A stretch of 32,000 nucleotides of DNA from Microcystis aeruginosa NIES-843 (lineage in GTDB: Bacteria; Cyanobacteriota; Cyanobacteriia; Cyanobacteriales; Microcystaceae), in NCBI RefSeq assembly GCF_000010625.1, contig NC_010296.1, forward strand, positions 2,310,001 to 2,342,000, in the 5' to 3' direction. The notes under the pieces were generated by a model. It was not told the DNA's origin. It saw only the letters and a program-made list of their open reading frames with translations, and did no database searches. Shown here in pieces: positions 1 to 7,493 of this stretch (positions are counted from its first letter, which is position 1; each line of letters starts with the position of its first letter). Position numbers and translations under genes: made by a program.

Positions 1-488
1 CAGAGTGGCCAGAAGGAGTCTATTTTCTTCCCTTGCTTTATCGCACGGCAATTATCGCTATTAATCAATTGCCTGTGACTGCTGAGACTCTTTGGTTAAG
101 ATTATTGGGACGGGGAAAAACGCAAAACCAAGCGGTGCGAGAATTGTTAGAATTACCTCAAGGTAATGCTTTCCGGGAAAATGTCCTGGAATTATTAATT
201 AGTTGGCGGGTTAGTATGGAAATAAATAACATCCTAGAAACTGAGGATAGAGAGGTGTTTATGACTTTATCTCAAACCTATCAGGAATGGAAGGAAGCAA
301 CTAAACGGGAAGGACTCGAACAAGGACTCGAACAAGGACTAGAGCGAGGACTAGAGCGAGGAAAACTAGAGGCTAAACTGGAATCTATTCCCCGTTTGCT
401 TGCTTTGGGTTTAAGTGTGGAACAAATCGCTCAAGCTTTGGATTTAGACTTAGAACAAGTCCGACAAGCTATTCAAGAAACTCCATGA
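1..488 (+). CDS. Array paralog copy 0 (5' end outside window): uncharacterised Rpn/YhgA-like (putative PD-(D/E)XK) family protein with repeat linker and HTH-like tail
   Basis: Frame is open from base 3 (EWPEGVYFLPLLYRT...), so track ORF 33..488 is only the tail of a longer gene. It aligns with residues ~129-end of the full copies at 7494 and 8387. Its TGA overlaps the next ATG (ATGA at 485-488). The family label is tentative. Confidence 0.85.
   Translation, partial: EWPEGVYFLPLLYRTAIIAINQLPVTAETLWLRLLGRGKTQNQAVRELLELPQGNAFRENVLELLISWRVSMEINNILETEDREVFMTLSQTYQEWKEATKREGLEQGLEQGLERGLERGKLEAKLESIPRLLALGLSVEQIAQALDLDLEQVRQAIQETP
312..383 (+). repeat. In-frame 12-nt tandem repeat, copy 0: (GGACTCGAACAA)x2 (GGACTAGAGCGA)x2 + GGAAAACTAGAG GCTAAACTGGAA
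   Basis: Read directly; encodes GLEQGLEQGLERGLERGKLEAKLE. Confidence 0.9.
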
Positions 489-1180
489 AACCCCATGACC
501 AATTTGCCAAAAATTACCTTGAACAATTACTTTCTCCCCTGGGAATCGTCGAAATCAGCAAAGAAGTCAGCGACGAAACTCGACAGATAGATTTATTTTT
601 TTCCCCCAATCCCGAACCCAACCCCAATTATCTGGGATTATTAGGCAGAATTGTCCTTAATACTGTCTTAATTGAACCCTATCGCAATCCTCCCAACCGT
701 AGCGAGATTCGTAATTGTTTAGCGAAACTTTTGACAATTTTAGCCGAACTGCAAAGACAAGCTAAACGGGAAAATCAGAGCTACAATGAAGACAATGCCC
801 CTCGTTTGTGGATTTTATCCCCTTCGGCTAGTCTGACTCTTGTAGAGAGTATTGGGGCAAAATTAGACCCAGATTGGCCAGAAGGAGTCTATTTTCTTCC
901 CTCGCTTTATCGCACGGCAATTATCGCTATTAATCAATTGCCTGTGACTGCTGAGACTCTTTGGTTAAGATTATTAGGAAGGGGAAAAACTCAAGACCAA
1001 GCGGTGCGAGAATTGTTAGAATTACCTCAAGGTAATGCTTTCCGGGAAAATGTCCTGGAATTATTAATTAGTTGGCGGGTTAGTATGGAAATAAATAACA
1101 TCCTAGAAACTGAAGATAGAGAGGTGTTTATGACCTTATCTCAAACCTATCAGGAATGGAAGGAAGCAACTAAACGGGAA

Positions 1181-1240
1181 GGACTCGAACAAGGACTAGA
1201 GCGAGGACTAGAGCGAGGAAAACTAGAGGCTAAACTGGAA
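1181..1240 (+). repeat. In-frame 12-nt tandem repeat, copy 1 (GLEQ GLER GLER GKLE AKLE)
   Basis: Read directly; five 12-nt units. Confidence 0.9.
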
Positions 1241-1270
1241 TCTATTCCCCGTTTGCTTGCTTTGGGTTTA

Positions 1271-2220
1271 TAGTTATTTCAAATAAGAACGAGACACTAG
1301 GCGACACAATAAGTACGAATAATTTCATCAAGGGGTGTCCCCACAGGAGCATACATTCTTGCCCTCTTTAATGCACTAAAATCATGTTCGATATCATTTA
1401 AATCAGGAGAGTATTTTGGCAAAAACACGACCTGATGACCTGCTTCCTCTACCAGTTGTTTAATGACTGTCTTCCGATGAATTGGTGCATTATCCATAAT
1501 TAATACTGATGTTATGGTTAGAGAGGGCAACAAATATAAAGATAACCACCCTTCAAAACCTTCGGCATTCAGGCTTCTCGTAAATACCATCGGTGCAATA
1601 AAGTCTTTTTTTCCCTTTCTTCTACCAGCGACAAGGTTCTCTCTTTTTCCTCGTTTTCCTTGTCTATCTCCAAAGACTTTCTTCCCTTTTTTTGACCAAG
1701 CATAAAAACAGGCTTGAAATTCTTCAAACCCTGACTCATCAATAAATACAAGGCTTTCACTTCCATATATTTTAATCAATTCTCTCAGCACTCTGTAGTA
1801 TTTCATTCTTTCTTCTCGGTTTCTTTCTCTATAACGAAGTTCCTTCTTTTTTCTGGTAACTTTCATTTTTTTTAAGGCATAGCAAATGGCACTTGGTCTC
1901 ACTCCAAATTTCTCGGCTCTGTCTCTTAATCTTGCCTCGGGATTTTCTTGGACATCTTTTGACAGTGCTTTCCAGTCCAGCTTTCTCTGACGGTGTTTTA
2001 CCTTTGTTGCTTCCAGTTTTTCCCTACCTAGCCATCTATATATCGTCGCTCTTCCTATATTAAATAGAGCGGCGGCTTTGGTTATGCTTCCCCCATTCTC
2101 TACATAATCGATTACTTTTTTTCTCAAGTCTAGGCTATAAGACATTTTTCTGTATGGGTTGCTCGTTTCTCTTGATTTTACCTTATTTTTCCCTCGTCTC
2201 ACACTTATTTGAAATGACTA
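1271..2220 (-). mobile_element. IS630-family insertion sequence (950 bp)
   Basis: Terminal inverted repeats are TAGTTATTTCAAATAAG (1271-1287) and the reverse complement of 2204-2220, TAGTCATTTCAAATAAG. They are flanked by TA (1269-1270) and TA (2221-2222), the TA target duplication typical of IS630/Tc1-mariner. The element contains a single DDE transposase gene. Confidence 0.9.
1297..2145 (-). CDS. IS630-family DDE transposase
   Basis: N-terminal HTH (MSYSLDLRKKVIDYVENGGSITKAAALFNIGRATIYRW). DDE motifs are FIDESG, IMDNAPIH and DLNDIEHDF, with 34 residues between the second D and the E. The track ORF starts at a GTG (2202); the ATG at 2145 (MSYSL...) is the more likely start. Confidence 0.9.
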   Translation of the reverse strand: MSYSLDLRKKVIDYVENGGSITKAAALFNIGRATIYRWLGREKLEATKVKHRQRKLDWKALSKDVQENPEARLRDRAEKFGVRPSAICYALKKMKVTRKKKELRYRERNREERMKYYRVLRELIKIYGSESLVFIDESGFEEFQACFYAWSKKGKKVFGDRQGKRGKRENLVAGRRKGKKDFIAPMVFTRSLNAEGFEGWLSLYLLPSLTITSVLIMDNAPIHRKTVIKQLVEEAGHQVVFLPKYSPDLNDIEHDFSALKRARMYAPVGTPLDEIIRTYCVA

Positions 2221-2293
2221 TAAGTGTGGAACAAATCGCTCAAGCTTTGGATTTAGACTTAGAACAAGTCCGACAAGCTATTCAAGAAACTCC

Positions 2294-3154
2294 ATGAAAC
2301 CCCATGACCAATTTGCCAAAAATTACCTTGAACAATTACTTTCTCCCCTGGGAATCGTCGAAATCAGCAAAGAAGTCAGCGACGAAACTCGACAGATAGA
2401 TTTATTTTTTTCCCCCAATCCCGAACCCAACCCCAATTATCTGGGATTATTAGGCAGAATTGTCCTTAATACTGTCTTAATTGAACCCTATCGCAATCCT
2501 CCCAACCGTAGCGAGATTCGTAATTGTTTAGCGAAACTTTTGACAATTTTAGCCGAACTGCAAAGACAAGCTAAACGGGAAAATCAGAGCTACAATGAAG
2601 ACAATGCCCCTCGTTTGTGGATTTTATCCCCTTCGGCTAGTCTGACTCTTGTAGAGAGTATTGGGGCAAAATTAGACCCAGATTGGCCAGAAGGAGTCTA
2701 TTTTCTTCCCTCGCTTTATCGCACGGCAATTATCGCTATTAATCAATTGCCTGTGACTGCTGAGACTCTTTGGTTAAGATTATTAGGAAGGGGAAAAACT
2801 CAAGACCAAGCGGTGCGAGAATTGTTAGAATTACCTCAAGGTAATGCTTTCCGGGAAAATGTCCTGGAATTATTAATTAGTTGGCGGGTTAGTATGGAAA
2901 TAAATAACATCCTAGAAACTGAAGATAGAGAGGTGTTTATGACCTTATCTCAAACCTATCAGGAATGGAAGGAAGCAACTAAACGGGAAGGACTCGAACA
3001 AGGACTAGAGCGAGGACTAGAGCGAGGAAAACTAGAGGCTAAACTGGAATCTATTCCCCGTTTGCTTGCTTTGGGTTTAAGTGTGGAACAAATCGCTCAA
3101 GCTTTGGATTTAGACTTAGAACAAGTCCGACAAGCTATTCAAGAAACTCCATGA
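2294..3154 (+). CDS. Array paralog copy 2 (intact, 286 aa)
   Basis: Full-length ORF. Its ATG overlaps the tail of copy 1 (ATGA at 2294-2297) and its TGA overlaps the ATG of copy 3 (3151-3154). Motifs: RQIDLFFSP, VLIEPYRNPP, GLEQGLERGLERGKLEAKLE linker, LLALGLSVEQIAQALDLDLEQVRQA tail. Confidence 0.9.
   Translation: MKPHDQFAKNYLEQLLSPLGIVEISKEVSDETRQIDLFFSPNPEPNPNYLGLLGRIVLNTVLIEPYRNPPNRSEIRNCLAKLLTILAELQRQAKRENQSYNEDNAPRLWILSPSASLTLVESIGAKLDPDWPEGVYFLPSLYRTAIIAINQLPVTAETLWLRLLGRGKTQDQAVRELLELPQGNAFRENVLELLISWRVSMEINNILETEDREVFMTLSQTYQEWKEATKREGLEQGLERGLERGKLEAKLESIPRLLALGLSVEQIAQALDLDLEQVRQAIQETP
2990..3049 (+). repeat. In-frame 12-nt tandem repeat, copy 2 (identical to copy 1)
   Basis: Read directly; five 12-nt units. 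Confidence 0.9.
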
Positions 3155-3969
3155 AACCCCATGACCAATTTGCCAAAAATTACCTTGAACAATTACTTTC
3201 TCCCCTGGGAGTCGTCGAAATCAGCAAAGAAGTCAGCGACGAAACTCGACAGATAGATTTATTTTTTTCCCCCAATCCCGAACCCAACCCCAATTATCTG
3301 GGATTATTAGGCAGAATTGTCCTTAATACTGTCTTAATTGAACCCTATCGCAATCCTCCCAACCGTAGCGAGATTCGTAATTGTTTAGCGAAACTTTTGA
3401 CGATTTTAGCCGAACTGCAAAGACAAGCTAAACGGGAAAATCAGAGCTACAATGAAGACAATGCCCCTCGTTTGTGGATTTTATCCCCTTCGGCTAGTCT
3501 GACTCTTGTAGAGAGTATTGGGGCAAAATTAGACCCAGATTGGCCAGAAGGAGTCTATTTTCTTCCCTCGCTTTATCGCACGGCAATTATCGCTATTAAT
3601 CAATTGCCTGTGACTGCTGAGACTCTTTGGTTAAGATTATTAGGAAGGGGAAAAACTCAAGACCAAGCGGTGCGAGAATTGTTAGAATTACCTCAAGGTA
3701 ATGCTTTCCGGGAAAATGTCCTGGAATTATTAATTAGTTGGCGGGTTAGTATGGAAATAAATAACATCCTAGAAACTGAAGATAGAGAGGTGTTTATGAC
3801 CTTATCTCAAACCTATCAGGAATGGAAGGAAGCAACTAAACGGGAAGGACGACGGGAAGGAAAACTGGAATCTATTCCCCGTTTGCTTGCTTTGGGTTTA
3901 AGTGTGGAACAAATCGCTCAAGCTTTGGATTTAGACTTAGAACAAGTCCGACAAGCTACGCAAGGGTAG
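3151..3969 (+). CDS. Array paralog copy 3 (272 aa, shortest linker, divergent C-terminal end RQATQG)
   Basis: Full-length ORF nearly identical to copy 2, but the GLE[QR] repeats are absent (REGRREGKLESIP). It ends with TAG at 3967-3969 and is not overlapped by a following paralog. Confidence 0.9.
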   Translation: MKPHDQFAKNYLEQLLSPLGVVEISKEVSDETRQIDLFFSPNPEPNPNYLGLLGRIVLNTVLIEPYRNPPNRSEIRNCLAKLLTILAELQRQAKRENQSYNEDNAPRLWILSPSASLTLVESIGAKLDPDWPEGVYFLPSLYRTAIIAINQLPVTAETLWLRLLGRGKTQDQAVRELLELPQGNAFRENVLELLISWRVSMEINNILETEDREVFMTLSQTYQEWKEATKREGRREGKLESIPRLLALGLSVEQIAQALDLDLEQVRQATQG

Positions 3970-3982
3970 AGAATTGATTTAA

Positions 3983-5995
3983 CCCACATTCCGCAGGTTG
4001 AAAAACACCAAGGAAAAGACAGAGAAAGTTGAGCAATCCACTAAGCATAAATACTCAAGAAAGTCTTGAGAGAGCTAAGTATAAATACTCAGACATCTAA
4101 GACGAAAAAGATGAGATAATAATTGAAGTCAACCGCTAATAGCTAGAGAAAAAACATGAAACAAGAAATCGAGGTAAAAAACTTAGATCACTTAGGGATA
4201 GTTGCGGGAATTATTGATGAATTAGGAATCGAAGATTTAGTCAATCAAGCATTAGGAACAGATAAGAGAGAGAAAATTAGTGCTGGCATAATTGTCAAAG
4301 CTATCATCCTAAATGGGTTGGGATTTGTCGCCAAACCTTTATATTTATTCCCCCAATTTTTTGCAGATAAACCGATAGAACACTTATTAGGGGAAGGAAT
4401 AAAAGCTGAAGAGATTAATGACGATAAAATCGGCAGGGTTATGGATGATTTATATGAATATTCTCTGGAAAGTCTTTGGACAAGTTTAGCAATAAATACG
4501 AGCAACAAATATGAAATAAAAACTAAATATAGCCATCTAGACTCTAGCTCCGTGTCTGTTCACGGAGAAGACAAAATCAACCCAAAGCAAGAGGGAGAGA
4601 ACCTAGAAGAAAACCGAGAAAATGTCATCGAAATTACTTACGGATATTCGCGAGATAAAAGACCTGATTTAAAGCAATTTATGCTGGATTTGATGGTAAG
4701 TAGTGATGGGGATGTTCCTTTACTAATGAGAACAGGTTCCGGGAATGAATCGGATAAAAACATTTTTCCCTCAATCATAAAAGCTTATGAAAAAAATCTA
4801 AATTTGTCGACAATATATGTAACCGATAGTGCCTTGTACACCGCCAAAAATCTTCATAGTTTAGGAGGAACAAAATGGTTAACTAGAGTTCCTTTTAGCC
4901 TAAAAAAGGCGAAAGAAATCGCAGAAAAAGCTAAAGAAGCTGAGTTTCAGTCAAGTGAAAAAAAAGGCTATAAATACCAAGAGAAACCAGTAAACTATCA
5001 GGGAATTAAGCAAAGATGGCTCATTGTAGAGAGTGCAGCTAGAAAAGATTCAGACTTAGAGCAGTTGGCTGATAAGTTAACAAAGGAAAGAGAAAAGATG
5101 GAAAAACAATTAAAAAATTGGCAGCAGAGAAAAAAGCTCGACCTAAATGAATTAAAACTGGAAGTAAAGAAATTTAATGAAAGCTTAAAATATTATCAGT
5201 TAGAAGAATTAAAATATCAAGAAAACCTTAATAACAAGAAAGAGAAAGTCTATAGCTGTCAAGGAACAATTGAAGAAAAAGCCGAAATCATTAAAGCCGA
5301 AACAGAAAGAGCAGGGAGATTTATTCTCGCCACTAATGTTCTCGACAGCGAACAACTATCTGCCGCGGAAATGCTTCATGAATATAAAGCACAACAATCT
5401 TGTGAACGAGGATTTAGATTTATCAAAGACCCCTTATTTCTCGCAGATACTGTCTTTGTAAAAAACCCCAAAAGGATAGAAACAATGGGGTTTTTAATGG
5501 GAGTATGCTTATTGGTGTATAGTCTGGGACAAAGAATGTTAAGAAGAGAATTGCAAAAAAGAGGTGAGAAAGTCAAAAATCAACTCGGCAAAGCCACAGA
5601 CAAACCAACTTTAAGATGGATATTTCAGGTTTTACAGGGGATTCATTTAGTCAGGATTCATGGTCAAAGCCATCTCAGTAACTTAACTGAGGAGATTCTT
5701 GATATTCTTCAATACTTTTCAATTTATTGCCAAAATTACTACCGAGTAAGTTGAGACATCAAATTGAGCAAATTGAGTTTAAGCCAATCCAAGAAAAACC
5801 TTTTTCCTCGAAAAGTGTCCGATAAATTAGGTCACTTTAGTTTAACTATGTCTAACTTGAGCGACCCTTGCTTCCCTCAAATTGTTCTTTGTGAAATCGG
5901 ATGTCAAAATTCTATAATCTCAACAAATTTTGTCGGTTTAATCAGTTTTTCTCGGTGGTGTTATGGCAACTTAATCATAAAGTGCGGAATGTGGG
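3983..5995 (+). mobile_element. IS1634-like (IS4 superfamily) insertion sequence, 2013 bp
   Basis: Perfect 13-bp terminal inverted repeats: CCCACATTCCGCA at 3983-3995 and its reverse complement at 5983-5995. The element is flanked by the direct repeat ATTTAA (3977-3982 and 5996-6001) and holds one long transposase ORF. Confidence 0.85.
4156..5754 (+). CDS. IS1634-family (IS4-like) DDE transposase, 532 aa
   Basis: The N-terminus KNLDHLGIVAGIIDELGIEDLVNQALG and the overall length and organisation match my recollection of cyanobacterial IS1634-type transposases. It has a central Lys/Glu-rich coiled segment and sits between the IRs described above. Confidence 0.8.
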   Translation: MKQEIEVKNLDHLGIVAGIIDELGIEDLVNQALGTDKREKISAGIIVKAIILNGLGFVAKPLYLFPQFFADKPIEHLLGEGIKAEEINDDKIGRVMDDLYEYSLESLWTSLAINTSNKYEIKTKYSHLDSSSVSVHGEDKINPKQEGENLEENRENVIEITYGYSRDKRPDLKQFMLDLMVSSDGDVPLLMRTGSGNESDKNIFPSIIKAYEKNLNLSTIYVTDSALYTAKNLHSLGGTKWLTRVPFSLKKAKEIAEKAKEAEFQSSEKKGYKYQEKPVNYQGIKQRWLIVESAARKDSDLEQLADKLTKEREKMEKQLKNWQQRKKLDLNELKLEVKKFNESLKYYQLEELKYQENLNNKKEKVYSCQGTIEEKAEIIKAETERAGRFILATNVLDSEQLSAAEMLHEYKAQQSCERGFRFIKDPLFLADTVFVKNPKRIETMGFLMGVCLLVYSLGQRMLRRELQKRGEKVKNQLGKATDKPTLRWIFQVLQGIHLVRIHGQSHLSNLTEEILDILQYFSIYCQNYYRVS

Positions 5996-6058
5996 ATTTA
6001 ACTATAATCTGAGTCAAAATCAATCAAGATTCTGGTTAAAACGCCGATTTAAGCATTT

Positions 6059-6496
6059 TTGTCCTTGAAAAAACCAATGCCCGATGAAAATAGTTTTGAG
6101 GAGTTAATTAACGAACTAAAGCTTAGAAATATTAAACACAATTCCCAAGATATTATTGCCATTACTCAATTAGACAACGGGCGGATAATCTTTTTAGAAA
6201 TCGGTAATTCTTCATCGGGTTTGGAACATATTCTTAATAAACATGGAGAAGATTTTCAGCGTCGAGGCATTGCGATTAATAATATTATTGATTTCTTGAT
6301 GAAAGCAATTACAATGGGTCAATTAATCGGCACTCAAGGAACGAGCAGAAGTATTTATAAAGTTGATTATCAAGGAGAAATTCAATACATTTCTATCGAT
6401 ATTGGTAGTAATGGTTATGTAGTTAGTGCGAATCTCACTCCCCGAAAACTCATCCAACGTTTCTTAGGAGAAGACCTTGATGAAAAGAAAAATTAA
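6059..6496 (+). CDS. Small toxin-like protein (possible BECR-type nuclease domain), family unassigned
   Basis: 139-145 aa ORF (TTG at 6059 or ATG at 6077; in-frame TAA at 6050 blocks extension). Motif SSGLEHILNKHGEDF followed by beta-rich YKVDYQGEIQYISIDIGSNGYVVSANLTP. It is followed 4 nt later by a small acidic ORF. The function is inferred, not recognised with certainty. Confidence 0.6.
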   Translation: MSLKKPMPDENSFEELINELKLRNIKHNSQDIIAITQLDNGRIIFLEIGNSSSGLEHILNKHGEDFQRRGIAINNIIDFLMKAITMGQLIGTQGTSRSIYKVDYQGEIQYISIDIGSNGYVVSANLTPRKLIQRFLGEDLDEKKN

Positions 6497-6500
6497 ACTA

Positions 6501-6839
6501 ATGGCAGAATATAACTATTCGCCTCTTTGGGATATGGAAACTGCTGATAACCTTAACTTAGATGAGTTACCTTTATCGAGTTCTATCCAACAGAAGTTAA
6601 GTAATTGGGCAGAGATTTATAATCAAATTATAAATTGGGATAATCCCGCCGATTCACATTTTTTTGATGCAGTAAGTCAAGACAATTTTGAGAGGGAAGG
6701 TGTCAATATTTGGCGGCAATTACAAGAGGAATTATCACCCAATTATCAAATATTTTACTTTAGTGAAAAACAGCAACGACTTTTGACTCCAGAAGATGCA
6801 AGTGAAGCGATCAGAGAAAAAGAGGTTAGATATAAATAG
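6501..6839 (+). CDS. Small acidic immunity-like protein
   Basis: ATG at 6501 lies 4 nt after the stop of the upstream ORF (the track start 6477 is a TTG inside that ORF). MAEYNYSPLWD...LPLSSSIQQKLSNWAEIYNQIINWDNPADS resembles small proteins I recall next to toxin domains. Assignment is tentative. Confidence 0.55.
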   Translation: MAEYNYSPLWDMETADNLNLDELPLSSSIQQKLSNWAEIYNQIINWDNPADSHFFDAVSQDNFEREGVNIWRQLQEELSPNYQIFYFSEKQQRLLTPEDASEAIREKEVRYK

Positions 6840-6884
6840 CCTCAAAACTAGATCGCTTTTATTGTCAAGTTTTTAGCTCATAGA

Positions 6885-7313
6885 TTATTTTGAGAAAATA
6901 AATCTTTTATGGACTGAATTAAGTTCATAATATTTTTTTCCTGTATTCGGATCGGTAACTATCTTCATGTTATTGTTATCGCAAGGCTTCCAATCAGATC
7001 CAGTTACTGATCCAAATATACCATCATATACAGCTACACATTGTCTTCCTTGGGCAGGAATGTAGCAATATATATCATGAATAAAAGACCCTGATATATT
7101 AGGTGCAATCGTAGTACCCGAGCCATTAAACTGACAAACAAATTCACGACCACGAGGAGCAAATTGAGCGATAATAAGGTGATCTTGCTCACTAATTTCG
7201 GCTGTGGCACTGGTCGCTATAGCAGTATATCCGATCGCTGTAGTTGCTACTAGAGAAAAGACCTGAAGGAGAGAATTGCATAAGCTTTTCTTCTCCCCCC
7301 CCCCATTTTTCAT
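6885..7313 (-). CDS. Secreted Cys-containing hypothetical protein
   Basis: MKNGGGEKKS + hydrophobic LLQVFSLVATTAIGYTAIATSATA|E looks like a signal peptide, and the mature part has 5 Cys. The track ORF starts at a TTG (7340); ATGs at 7331 and 7313 are alternatives. Confidence 0.65.
   Translation of the reverse strand: MKNGGGEKKSLCNSLLQVFSLVATTAIGYTAIATSATAEISEQDHLIIAQFAPRGREFVCQFNGSGTTIAPNISGSFIHDIYCYIPAQGRQCVAVYDGIFGSVTGSDWKPCDNNNMKIVTDPNTGKKYYELNSVHKRFIFSK
7295..7304 (-). repeat. G10 homopolymer (C10 on + strand) inside codons 3-6 of the secreted-protein gene
   Basis: + strand reads ttctCCCCCCCCCCattttt. On the coding strand it is AAT GGG GGG GGG GAG (N G G G E), immediately after the ATG at 7313. 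Confidence 0.9.
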
Positions 7314-7409
7314 AATTGTTGCTAATGTCATGATGCTCAAGGGAATTTATCGAAGACAATTGTAAGTTAACAAAACTGATTTTTATTTGTCAAGGGATTT
7401 CTGAAATAT

Positions 7410-7439
7410 CTGACATTTTTGTTAACATAAGTTTATAAA
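7410..7439 (+). promoter_or_regulatory. Candidate sigma70-type promoter for the second run of the array
   Basis: CTGACA (7410-7415), an 18-nt spacer, then TATAAA (7434-7439), about 55 nt upstream of the ATG at 7494. Pattern match only. Confidence 0.3.
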
Positions 7440-7493
7440 ACCATTCAAAAATCGCTCGATACAATTGAGAATTATCGATTAACTGCTCAGTCC

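Larger units (their letters stand above)
485..2297 (+). pseudogene. Array paralog copy 1, disrupted by an IS630-family insertion 24 codons before its normal stop
   Basis: ORF 485..1273 is identical in aa sequence to the first 261 residues of copy 2 and ends at a TAG formed by the IS end (1271-1273). The missing tail SVEQIAQALDLDLEQVRQAIQETP resumes in frame at 2223..2297. Deleting 1271-2222 restores GL|SVEQ. Confidence 0.85.

Noticed and set aside
1514-1766. Two ~64-aa ORFs inside the IS630 element
   Set aside because: One lies antisense to, and the other out of frame within, the well-supported transposase gene, and both products are low-complexity.
5764-6012. 82-aa ORF at the right end of the IS1634-like element
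   Set aside because: It crosses the terminal inverted repeat and the target duplication, has a GTG/TTG-type start, and shows no recognisable features. It is probably non-coding IS end sequence.
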